Assembly: GCF_006345805.1 (NCBI RefSeq)
Contig: NC_043001.1
Location: forward strand, 65,348,001 to 65,412,000
Source of the DNA: Octopus sinensis
Taxonomy: Eukaryota
Direction: 5' to 3'
Length of the DNA stretch: 64,000 bases
Part shown: piece by piece, positions 26,017 through 37,921 of the stretch
Numbering within the stretch: position 1 is the stretch's first letter
How the letters are laid out: each line of letters opens with the position of its first letter
Notes under the pieces: model-generated
Databases searched by the model: none
What the model was told of the DNA's origin: nothing
The model's input: the letters and a program-made list of their open reading frames with translations, nothing else
Made by a program: the position numbers and the translations under genes

Positions 26017-26087
26017 TGGCTGATGAAGATAGAACAAGATTATGGGTGGCAGACATATCTTGTAAAATCTGAAACCTGCAGGTCCTA
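26017..26087 (+). ncRNA. type-I hammerhead ribozyme (inverted copy)
   Basis: Same motif as 25649-25719, with stem I tgg/cta (one G-U pair). Confidence 0.78.
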
Positions 26088-26347
26088 CATTATCTTTTTC
26101 CAGGTATTTCATCTTTCAGATGTTCTCCCTGGAGGTAAGACAATTTTTTCTAGTTTGTTGCACACACGCATTTTTGCTAATATATACGCGGTGAAGCTAT
26201 ACATTAGCGTCGTATTATTACGTTCGCTATTTCCAGTAAATATCGGTACTTCGTTGTGCCATATATTTACTACTTTGTGTATTTTCCCCTCACGGGCTAT
26301 TCTTTACTGGAAAGCAATACTCTAGTATTGCATTACTAATTTATATA

Positions 26348-26481
<134 letters not shown>

Positions 26482-26751
26482 ATATATATATATATATATA
26501 TTTTATATTATATTGAGGGTACTACTATTCGTAGATACCAACACGCTAAGAGGGACCAATGCGGTCAAAACTACTAAAAATAAACAAAATTTTACCGAAT
26601 GCAAAACTTCAAAACACATCATTTTAAAGAAGAATTCAGTTACATATCACATGTGATTTCGCATTTAATGCAGAATATGCATTTCATGTTCGTCAGTGCA
26701 ACAAACTCAAGAAATACCGCTAAGCCTTTCGCCCGGCATGCTAACGTTTCC

Positions 26752-26993
26752 TATTTCTTTATTGTCCACAAGGTGCTAACAAGGGGCTAAACATAGAGGG
26801 GACAAACAAGGACAGACAAACGGATTAAGTCGATTACATCGATCCCAGTGTGTAACTGGTACTTAATTTATCGACCCCGAAAGGATGAAAGGCAAAGTCG
26901 ACCTCGGCGTAATTTGAACTCAGACCGTAACGGCATACAAAATACGGCTACGCATTTCGCCCGGCGTGCTAGCGTTTCTGCCAGCTCGCCGCC
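26752..26993 (-). mobile_element. SINE family A long form, tail followed by a second SINE A fragment (26711-26751)
   Basis: Minus strand ...gtggacaataaagaaata|ggaaacgttagcatgccgggcgaaaggcttagcggtatttc. Confidence 0.85.
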
Positions 26994-26995
26994 TT

Positions 26996-27253
26996 TGGGG
27001 AGAGTCATATTGTCTTAATGCCTTATTATCTAACACACTCATCGGCTCGATTTCAACTCATTTATTATTTATATTGTTTCTTCCAAAATTTTCGTTGCTT
27101 TTGCAACCTTGTCAATGGATGTTGACTCCAATAACGGACAAGGTTGTAAAAGCAACGAAAAACTTTGGAAAAAATACAAGTTATAAATGAATGAAAATTC
27201 AAACCTGTGAGTGTGTTAGACAGTAAGGCATTAAGACAATATGATTCTCCCCA
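26996..27253. mobile_element. 258-bp palindromic element with variant hammerhead
   Basis: Arms 26996-27113 and 27137-27253 are reverse complements. Confidence 0.8.
27082..27119 (-). ncRNA. minimal hammerhead ribozyme, U3-A8 core variant
   Basis: tcca TTGACAA g gttgc-aaaa-gcaac GAA AATT T tgga. 4-bp stem I, 5-bp stem II, palindromic AATT stem III. Confidence 0.75.
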
Positions 27254-28959
27254 GACGAAAACATAATTTGCTTCAACAATAAAGAATCTTCACATAAAGA
27301 ATCTTGCTAACCAGATACAAAAACAAATTATACATATATATGGACATTTGTTAACAGTAAGCTTTTATATATTTTTTGCGCTTCTATCTTCTTATTTTTC
27401 TCTCTCGTTCACATACTTCTTTTTCTAGCATCCCAACTTCCTTTTTTTCTCTCTCTCTCGCCCTCTCACTTGTAATTGTGAACCTCTTTCCTTCCTTCCT
27501 TGTTCTCTCTGCCGCACTGTTTCTCTCCCTTTCTCTTATCCTCCTTCCCCTCTACTGCCCACATGTGACCCATGACTAATTTTCCTATCTTTCTGCCTTT
27601 TGGCACCGACGCTTAACTTGTTGGTAGATATCTATCCCCTCTCTTGGTATTACTCTTTCTACATCCATTCAAGATTCCTTCCAGGCGTTATCCGTCATTC
27701 TCGTCTGTTTTGGCCGAAAGACCGTATTTATTCCGTCTTCGTCAATCGTTTTAATTTACATTTATTTACTTTCGTACGACCACTCTATATCGTTTGGTTT
27801 GCTCGAGCCCTAATTCTCCGCAAATTTTGCGGGTGCCGCCGTTATGTGAAGTTCTTACTAAGGCATGAAACTGAGTATTAACATTTCGGTTGATAATTGA
27901 TGAAGAATTAAGGCCCTTCTGTGTCCGTGCTACGTGTACGTTTTTTTAGTATTCAATGCATTTTTCACACACACACACACACATATCGAGAAGGCATATT
28001 AAAGTCGCGGTATATTTAACAATGAACCTTTTTCACCCGATGAGGTGGCCCAAATTCTGCATTATCTTCTATGAACTTTTTGCATTTCGAATTAATGAAG
28101 ACATGTGAGTTGTTTATTTATCATTAAATTCGATAATATGAGTTATTCATGTTTTGTGTCTACTGAAACAGATTTGTCGTGATATTTTGATGTTTATCGT
28201 TGAATAAAATTCATCATTATATTTCTCAATCGCTTATATCTTTATATTCTCCTTATTTTCTCATGTATATTACTATATACTCTGTATGGTTTGTGCTGAC
28301 AAACTAAGGAGCTTTTTTACGAGCTCTACCGGATGGCCTGAATCCATTATATATGGGATGGTTTCAACAAAATTTCCCTCCATCTAATTTCACTCTCCTT
28401 CCATACCAAAAGAAAAATCTTTTGTAGACTGAAAGCTATGGTTGAAGACAGAAGCTACTATGCAGTGCGATCAAACCCAAAATCACGTGGCTTTACAACG
28501 AACTATTACACGGTCAAGACTACGCCCGCCAGCATGGCCTGTGGTAATGTTTAATAACAAATTACTTTACAGATTAATTTAGATGCGTTTATATGCCGAG
28601 CATAGCGTACTCATGACAAGAATTTAATTTGTTTGCCAGGTAGAAACTTGAACGAACGCCATCGGGCAATATTAATTCAACAGATTAAAAAATAGGTGAA
28701 GTTAGAGGTGATGTCATCATATGCTCTGCTTGTTTCTCTGTTCTAGTTTGTTGAGAACACATATCACTGGTTTACAGACATTAAATCATGTATTTTTAAC
28801 TGACATAAATAACCATCATTGAACTTACTCCTCCATTGTAAGTTTACTCTGCCTACTTTAGTATGCAACTGTACATGTTATCGCATCAGCGTAGAGGCCT
28901 GCATCTGGTTGGAACCCTTTGTACGATGAGGGCAGATCTGGTACGAACCAACAGCAACT

Positions 28960-28995
28960 ACTACTACTACTACCACCACCACCACCACCACCACC

Positions 28996-29043
<48 letters not shown>

Positions 29044-29270
29044 GCTACTGCTGCTGCTGCTGCTGTCATCGTTGCCGTCGTTGCTGCCGTTGTCCCATCA
29101 CTACCGCCGCTAACCCCCGCCTCTCCCCGCCTTTACCACCATCCGCGCTGCCGCTGTTGTAGTAGTAGCAGCAGCAACTGCCGTCGCCATTGCAGCAGCA
29201 GCAGCAGCAGCAGTAACCGCTGCCGTCGCTACAGCTGCTGTTACTGCTGCTGTTGTTATTTTACCAATTT
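28960..29270. repeat. compound trinucleotide repeats (ACT/ACC/GCT/GCA)
   Basis: Direct reading. Confidence 0.9.
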
Positions 29271-31049
29271 CAAAATTTGTGAGTTCTCGTTTTTTTGTTA
29301 AAGAAGAAAATTGTATCATGAGATTAAGTCAGCAATCAACACTCTACCGTCTGGACCTTTAACGCTTCTAGGCTTCTTTACAAACAAACAGCCTTATAAA
29401 TGGTTTTATTATTTAAAGATCAATCTCCAGTATGTAAATGATGGTAAGTTTCATGGAGATGAGAGGTGTTATGCAATGGCGATCGTAATGGCATGGTGTA
29501 AGTTGTGGCCGGTTTGTGAGTAGCCAAATTAGCCGGTCCTACTTCCTTAAAACTAATGTACTTTCGACTACAGCAAACACGCATAGATAATATGGCCACC
29601 CCAGCTAATCACATACCTTGCACACCCCACGCTGCGTCACAAGGTGGTCGGTATCAAAATAATCAGAGGAGTCACATTTTCTTTCTAACATCTGGGTTCA
29701 CATCTTACTGGAACCAACGTTTTCTCCTTACCAACACAGATACCAGCAAAATAACTGCCCTAACATTTTATGGTAAACTGAATCCCCACCCCCAAATGAT
29801 CACGTTCTTCGTCAAAAATAAGTAAATAATTGCTTTAATTTTTGACACACGGCTAGCAATTTTAGCGAGAGAAAGTTTGTTGTCTTTATTTTATGGACGC
29901 GAGAGGCATGAAAGGTAAAATTAACCCTGATTAAATTTGAACTTAGAACATTGATTCAAACAGGGGTTGTTTATATTGCTTGGTGCATCTCGATAGATAC
30001 AGGATAAAACTGCTGAGAAAAAAAAACTTTCTCCCGGCATGAAACCTCTGGTAGCCTTGTTAACCCACAAATCAATAGTTAAATGTTTGTGTGTGTGTGT
30101 GTGTGTGTGTGTAGTAGTAGCTATATAAGATGTTTGTAGTCTCAGTGGTCTGTGGCTGCAACATATTTTCAAGTGATGCTAAGTAAGTCTTTCAAATCTT
30201 ATTGATGTGTGAAAGCTGTTTAACGTGATTGCTTTTCGTTAACTCGAACGGGTTGTTTTTGCTTCTTTTATTCATAAAAAAATTATCTTCAAAGTTCTCA
30301 GGGTGTTTGGAGAAAGTATTTATTGTTGTGGAAAGGCTGGAGTATTCAGGTCCCTTGGGGGCAGAACTTCAGACAGAAAGAATGGGTTGAATATGAGAAT
30401 GTGACAGAAATAATGTGTTTGTTGTTCTACGATAAAGCTTTCCCCGTAGATATTATCAAAATTAAAAGAAAGGGAGTCCTTTATCAACAATATTACTGTG
30501 TACTGGCGAACGATTGTAAAACTGATATATGTGACATTTAAAAGGCAGCCATCAGCATAAGTCAAATTTATGAGACTTGAACATTCTTTAGATTCTTATT
30601 TCATAACATGAAGTTTTGCTAGAAGATTCTTTAAAAATAGTAATATCCAGGGATAATTAAATTCAGATGCTGAGTAGATATTTTATTTCCGATAAACTTA
30701 CAAATGTGTAAAAGAATTTGTTGTTGTAGTGATGCTCGTTTAGCCCCAGGCTGGTGCTGACTGAGCAGGCCGGTGGTCAAAGTCTTCCCAGTGACGACCT
30801 CGTCCATCACTTGATCACTTTTCTTCTACGACTACATTACCATTATGTTTTTCCCCAAACGGTAGAGTATAATTTGAAGGAGATTTGAGTGCTATTTCTT
30901 GAAGGCCAAATGAACAAGTAATGGCTTCTTCTTAAAAAAGATATCCTGACGGATTTAAACAACTAAATATTTCTTAATTTTAGTGGATTGGCGACTTTAC
31001 AAGAGAAAAAGCTTGAGTAAGAAATCAATGTGGGATTTTGCAAGAAAAA

Positions 31050-32122
31050 AACTTGAGGAAAGGGAAAACCCCAAACAATCAACCACCTCCTCTTCATGGA
31101 TGATTTGAAACTGTATGGCAAAGATGAGACACAAGTGAGTTTCTTGGTGAACACGGTCCATTGTTTTAGTATTAAGGGTGGTATATAAAAATGCCGTGGA
31201 GCCACTGTTGAAACACACGAAGAGGGCTGGTATTATCAAAACTGAAAATTGTGTAACTAAAGAAAAATTTAAACAAGAAATGAACAAAAAAATAAGAAAA
31301 AGCAGGGAAGGAAAAATATATGGCCAGTTTGCAAGAGATGTGAACGTCAAGACATACAAAGTACCGGTGGCTATGGATGATGAAGAGTGATCTGAAGATA
31401 GAGACAGAAGCACTCATATGCGCAGCTCAAGAACAAACGTTAAGGAAATGCGTCAACGAAGTGCAGAATAGACAGCTCTACCAATAGCGACAAATGCAGA
31501 ATGTGTGGTGTGAGGGGTGATAACAGTATGGTACGTCGTTAGCGAATACCCGAAATTGGCACAACGCGAACACAAACGATTCCATGATAATGTGGCAAGA
31601 ATGATCCATTGGGAGCTCAATGGAAATCATGGCCTACAAAGAGTAAAGACGTTGTATGAGCAAACTCCAGAAGGAGTCACCGAAAATGAGAATTGCAAAA
31701 TCCTGTGTAATCACCCGACCAGACATAGGAAACCGGATATTGTTGAGTGAATTGAAATAAAGAGCATGTGTGATGATCGACATAGCATGCCCCGGTGACA
31801 AAAGTATGAATGTGAAAGAAGAAAAGATAAACGACTGTGACGATTTAAAGTGGGAAATACAAAGGCTGTGGTCAATGAGTAGACGTGATACCAATAGTAA
31901 TTGGTGCACTTGAAAGTATCAGCACTCAACTACCAACATGGCTGAAAAAGACTGCAGCAAGTGTGAAGGTAGAACACCTACAAAAATCAGCATTATTTTG
32001 AACTGCAATAATTCTTTGCAAGGTTCTTGAAGTATGACCAGTAAACAAGTGTCACCTTAGTCTGCTGGCTGTGGACAGCTGACACTTTTCATCATACCCA
32101 GCAAAGTAAGCTGTGAATTTTC

Positions 32123-32126
<4 letters not shown>
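31050..32126 (+). mobile_element. R4/Dong-like RLE LINE fragment, heavily decayed
   Basis: LFMDDLKLYGKD, ETEALICAAQEQTL, CRMCG, HDNVARMIHWEL, KPDIV, ending in (TAA)n. Confidence 0.75.
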
Positions 32127-32159
<33 letters not shown>

Positions 32160-32160
<1 letters not shown>

Positions 32161-32719
32161 GCCCTGATGCAGTACCAGGCAGTGGCTCTCATGGCTTCTG
32201 ATCTTAACTGATTGGAGGTGTTATCATGTACATTGTTTTGTCTTGGTATAAAAGATGGGCTACAGCAAATATTCTGCTCAATACCACATATTTGCTTGTC
32301 AGTTGTTTAACCTTAACCAGTTGAGCATGTCTCTTAGTGGCTGACGATATGTGCATCTCTGATCACGAGCAGAAGTAGTGGGGGAGCATCATAGCCATGT
32401 GTTGAGAGGGATTCTTTGGGGTTTGAATAATTCACCTCTGGAAACATGGGTAGTTCTTTCAACATCCTTAAACAACCCTTATTCAGGGACCCTTTGAGCG
32501 GGATGGGCTACTCGACCTGAAGAAAATTCTAACTGGGCCCCACCTGCAAGGTCATGTGCTGTTTATCTTGATATGAGATCACCATGTCGCGCACATATGG
32601 TTGTGATGCATGTGCCTGGTGTACCCTTATCAGACGGGTAGTCATGTCATGATGGGTATATTGGGCTTCGTATATTTTACCCCAGTGTCACTTTGATGGC
32701 ATGAACTGCTCTCTCACTC
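32160..32719 (+). mobile_element. 560-bp non-coding element flanked by (TAA)n. Copies at 35335-35808 and 37970-38139
   Basis: The three copies share the 5' gatgcagtaccaggca.tggctctcatg region. The two complete copies end in ctctcact followed by (AAT)n. Confidence 0.75.
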
Positions 32720-32757
<38 letters not shown>

Positions 32758-32758
<1 letters not shown>

Positions 32759-32966
32759 TCAGACAAATACATAGCAAAAACACCCGGACTAACAAATATA
32801 TGTAACATTCAGAAAATAGCATTTCTCAGCACCGCACACATCCTACGTAAAACACTTTCAATACAGTAAAAATAACAGCCTCACAACAAACCACATCACA
32901 CACCCAAGGCTCACAGAGCTGCGCTCGGTAGTGCAGTGAAAGCATGTGATAAAAGTAAGACTACTG
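32758..32966 (+). mobile_element. R4/Dong-like LINE, extreme 3' fragment
   Basis: NICNIQKIAFLSTAHILRKTLSI plus a 3' UTR homologous to 36540-36666. Confidence 0.75.
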
Positions 32967-32979
32967 AATAATAATGAAG

Positions 32980-33035
<56 letters not shown>

Positions 33036-33037
<2 letters not shown>

Positions 33038-35262
33038 AAACTATCGGCCTATAACCTGTCTGTCCACCACGCATAAAATCCTAACATCTATCCTGGCGGA
33101 GAAAACATATGCATTCATGGAGAAGAACGATATTTTCCCCATTGAACAAAAAGGGTGCCGCCGAGGCTCTTACGGATGCAAAGATCAACTGCTAATCAAT
33201 CGTATGATCCTTGAGAACTGTCACAACAAGCGCAGAAATCTCAGCACCGCATGGATTGACTACAAAAAGGCCTTCGACAGTATACCGCATCCATGGATCT
33301 TGAGATCGCTGGACATCTTCAAAATTTCCCCTGTGATTTCAAACTTCCTGAAGCACAATATGTCGTTGTGGAATACGAATCTCCAATTATACCACTCTAA
33401 TGGAGTACTTGCCTCAGAAAATATAAACATCAACTGTGGAATTTTTCAAGGTGACTCACTTTCACCTTTAATATACTGCATAGCCCTAATACCCCTTACA
33501 AGTGAATTAAACAGAACAGGGTATGGGTATAAAATTGCCAATAAAAAAATAAGCCATCTATTTTATATGGATGACTTAAAACTTTATGGTAAAGACAATA
33601 ATGAACTTGAAGGCCTATTGCGCACCGTGAAAGCATTCAGCGATGACATCGGGATGGAGTTTGGACTTGAGAAGTGTGCCAAGGCCATTTAGTCGTGTTA
33701 GATGTTGACACAGTCATAAGAGAGCTTGAGCAAGAACAAACATACAAATATTTAGGGATAAATGAAGGCTCTGGTATTCAGCATGCAAACATGAAAGAGA
33801 AAATCAGGAAGGAATGTTATAGGAGAGTTCGTGCAGTCCTGAAATCTGAACTAAATGCACGTAACAAGGTGTTAGCTATAAATTCCTTAGCAGTTCCAGT
33901 TGTTACTTATAGCTACAATGTGTTGAACTGGAATATGAGTGAAGTAAAGAATATAGATAGGAAAACACGCAAGCTGCTGAGTTGTAATAGGATGCACCAC
34001 CCAAAGGCAGACGTAGATCGCCTTTATCTTCCCAGAGCCCAAGGAGGTCGAGGCCTGATCCAATTTGAACTAGCTTACAAAACAACCACAATTGGACTGG
34101 CCAAATATCTCGAAATATCGAATGACTGGATGCTAAAGCTCGTGGAAAATCACGAGAGACGAAAGAAGCTTCATTCTATCATAAAGGAAAGCAAAAAATT
34201 TGCTATTGATCTCGTGCAGGATACCCAAACTGAACAACCCGAGAGAAGTACGGCAACTATTGTTGCAAAGAAGGTGAAAATGATGGCAATGAAAAAAGCG
34301 CACGAGCAATTGGCTGATAGGTGGGAGGAGAAACCTCTGCACGGCAAATATGTGACCCGCAGCAAACAAGCTGATGTTGACCAGAAGCAAACCCATCAGT
34401 GGCTACGGAGCTCAGGGCTAAAAGCAGAGAGCGAAGGTTTCATCCTGGCTGCTCAAGATCAAAGCCTATTAACTCGGAACTACCAGGCCAATGTGATGAA
34501 AAATGGAGCAGACCCAAAATGCCGATTCTGCAACGACATGATTGAAACAGTGGACCACCTAATCTCTGGATGTAAAGTCTTAGCACCAGTGGAGTATAAA
34601 TTAAGACATGACAGAGTTGGCCAATATCTCCACTAGCTAATAAGTCGGCATTACAATATCAAAACTGCCGACAAGTGGTATAATCACCACCCTGAGGCTG
34701 TAACTGAAGGAGAAAATGTAACCATTCTGTGGGACTTTCCAGTACATACAGACCGAACCATCAAGGCCAATAAACCAGATATTGTTGTGAAAGACCAAAA
34801 CAATAAAGTTTGCTTATTGATCGACATGAGCATCCCCTGTGATCATAATATCTCAGCGAAAGTGTTTGACAAGCTCAGAAAATATAAAGACCTACTCATT
34901 GAAATTGAGAAAATGTGGCATCTCAAGGCGGTTACAATACCAGTGATCGTAGGAGCACTAGGAATGATCAAGAAGGGAACCGAAAATTATATGAGAATGA
35001 TCCCTGGCTTACCATCCCTGCAAGAAGTGCAAAAGATTGTCTTAACTGGTACATCACACGTATTGAGAAGAGCATTGTCGATGTGAGAACTGTTGCTGCT
35101 CATGTATTTTAATTTAACTTTAAAAAAAAAAAAAAAAAAAAATGAACGAACTACTGAGTTTGGTTTAATGGCCTACCAATGTATACTATAAGTTTCTTTG
35201 CCCTAGGAGTCGGGAAGACACTCGGCAAGAAATGATAGCAAATTTGAAAGAAGAAAAAAAAA

Positions 35263-35263
<1 letters not shown>
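33036..35263 (+). mobile_element. R4/Dong-like RLE LINE, 5'-truncated and well preserved (RT, CCHC, RLE)
   Basis: YRPITCLST..K, EQKGCRRGSYGCKDQL, WIDYKKAFDS, GIFQGDSLSPL, FYMDDLKLY, YKYLG, CRFC..ETVDHLISGC, KPDIVVKD..LIDMSIP.D.NI..K..DKL.KY. Both ends abut (TAA)n. Confidence 0.92.
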
Positions 35264-35307
<44 letters not shown>

Positions 35308-35805
35308 TTAATAATAATTACTATTATTAATAATCATGTCTTGATGCAGTACCAGGCACTGGCTCTCATGTATATATTTTGTCTCGGTATAAAAGATGGG
35401 CTACACCAAATATTCTACTCAACACCATTGATTTGCTTGTCAGTTGCTTGACCTTAACCAGTTGAGCATGTTCCTTCGTGGCTGATGATATGTGCATCGC
35501 TGATCACAAGAAGTGGTGGGGAAACATCATAACCATGTATTGAAAGGAATTCTTTGGGGGTTTGAATTATTCACCTCCGGAAACAAATCTTATTCAGGAC
35601 TTGTGTAGGATAGGCTACTCGACCTGAAAAGAATTCCAACTGGTGCCTATCTGCAAAGTTAAGTGATATTTATCTTGTTACGAGATCACCAAGTCGTGAA
35701 CATATGGTTGTGGTGCATGTGCCTGGTGTACCTTTATCAGACGGGAAGTGATGATGGGTATATTTGTACCCCAGTATCACTCTGATGGTATGCACTGCAC
35801 TCTCA

Positions 35806-35858
<53 letters not shown>

Positions 35859-35890
35859 TAATAATGATAATAATAATAAAAATGATGATG

Positions 35891-35950
<60 letters not shown>

Positions 35951-35953
<3 letters not shown>

Positions 35954-36663
35954 TTACCAATTACCAAAAACATGTAATGAAAAGAAATATAACAAGTAAC
36001 TGCAGAATATGTGGAGATGGACAAGAAACAATAAATCATATTATCTCTGGCTGCACAGTCCTGGCTAAGAAGGAATATATTCACAGACATGGCAGAGTTG
36101 GAACCTACATACACTGGAAGCTATGCCAACATTATGGAATAACAACAGAAAAAAGATGGTATAGGCACACATCAGAAAAGGTCACAGAAAACGAGAAAGC
36201 AACCATACTCTGGGATATGCCGATACACACAGATAGAGAGATTAAGGCCAACAGACCAGATATAGTTGTCAGAGATCATGAAGAAGAAAAATGCTTTTTA
36301 ATTGATGTATCAATACCGGCAGATGACAACGTGTCTCTAAAAGAAATGGAGAAACTTTCAAAATACAAAGACCTGGAAATAGTGGTAACCAGAATGTGGA
36401 ATCTAAAAACAGAAACAATTCCTATCATAGTAGGTGCATTAGGCATGATAAAAAATATTCAGACAAATACATAACAAAAACACCAGGACTTACAAACACA
36501 TATAACATACAGAAAATTGCACTACTAGGCACTGCACACATCCTACGCAGAACACTTTCCATACAATAACCATCAGAGCATCACAACAAATCACAGCACA
36601 TACCTAAGGCACACAGAGCTGCGCTCGGTAGTGAAGTGAAAGCACGCTATAAAAATAAAACTA

Positions 36664-36666
<3 letters not shown>
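35951..36666 (+). mobile_element. R4/Dong-like LINE 3' fragment (CCHC + RLE)
   Basis: CRICGDGQETINHIISGC, RPDIVVRD..LIDVSIPADDN..K..EKLSKY. Flanked by (TAA)n. Confidence 0.88.
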
Positions 36667-36743
<77 letters not shown>

Positions 36744-36746
36744 TGG

Positions 36747-36792
<46 letters not shown>

Positions 36793-36814
36793 ATTAATAA
36801 TTATAATAATAATA

Positions 36815-37790
36815 ACAAACACCGAAAAAGCTTGCTGAAAACCCGTGCTAAAACTGCTGCCTTAGATATTCTTACTGATAAATGGCAAGAAAAACCTCTC
36901 AGTTGCACACACCCAAAGAGAGCTAATAGTGCCGAAGTTGACGAAGCCCTTATTCATCAATGGTTAGTGTCTTCTGGCTTAAAATCAGAAACAGTAGCGT
37001 TTATCATAGCAGCCTATGACCAATGCCTACCTACAAGAACCCACCAGGCCAACATATTAAAGAACAGCAGTAGCTCAACATTTCGTGTATGTAAACAACA
37101 AAATGAAACCATTGATCTTGATAGAGCAGCACAATATATTCACTGGGTAATTTGAAAAAACCGGATGTGCCCCATGATAAACACTGGTGGAACACAAACC
37201 ACCTCCAGTGCTTGAGAATGATCACATTTCACTCCTCTGAAACTTCACCATTCAAGCTGACGGAAAGACAGATGCAAATCGGCCAGACATTATATTGAAA
37301 AACTTCAGACAAAAATCATGCCTTCTCATTGATATGACTGTCCCAATCGACATAAATGTATCTGTCAAGACCTACCAAAAACTGAGCAAGTATAAAGATT
37401 TTGAAATAGAAATTGGCAAAATGTGGAACCTCAAGACTAAAACAATGCCTGTTGTCATAGGTGTCCATGGAATGATAGCAAAAGGGGCTGATTCCTACCT
37501 AGCTCAAATAGCAGGAAACCCAAAAAGGGCAGAAATTCAAAAGACAGTGCTCATGGGAACTGCCCATATCCTACGCAGAACACTGTCTATGTAATCTCAA
37601 ATCTTGAAACAAACTCATAATTTTCTTATGTTTTCTTAAACATTTTCTAGAACAATAGTATGTGCAAAACCAAATATATGACACCCTAGGCATAACACCA
37701 ACATAAACTTCTAACTTGTTGTCTCTTGAGGTCCCTGGGTGAGACATGGAGTCAGCTTGTACAAATACAAAGCAAAAGTCAAACATAGAA
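36815..37790 (+). mobile_element. R4/Dong-like LINE 3' fragment
   Basis: WQEKPL, QWLVSSGLKSET.AFIIAA.DQ, RPDIILK..LIDMTVPIDINVSVK..QKLSKY. Flanked by (TAA)n/(TGA)n. Confidence 0.85.
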
Positions 37791-37811
37791 ATGATAATGA
37801 TGATGATGGTG

Positions 37812-37855
<44 letters not shown>

Positions 37856-37877
37856 TAATAATAATAAAATAATAATG

Positions 37878-37921
<44 letters not shown>

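Larger units (their letters stand above)
25461..26343. mobile_element. fold-back non-autonomous element, about 421-428-nt unit, carrying hammerhead ribozymes
   Basis: Near-identical inverted arms meet at about 25936. The left arm exceeds one unit (repeat at 25463 and 25884). The element is embedded in (AT)n. Confidence 0.85.

Noticed and set aside
30296-30541. Possible terminal exon (ttctcag acceptor, GVWRKYLLLWKGW...)
   Set aside because: No recognisable domain and no partner exons. It cannot be supported without RNA-seq or a homology search.
32160-32260. HDV-like ribozyme at the 5' end of the 560-bp element
   Set aside because: The candidate P1 strands are too close to accommodate P2 and P3, so no nested double pseudoknot could be drawn.
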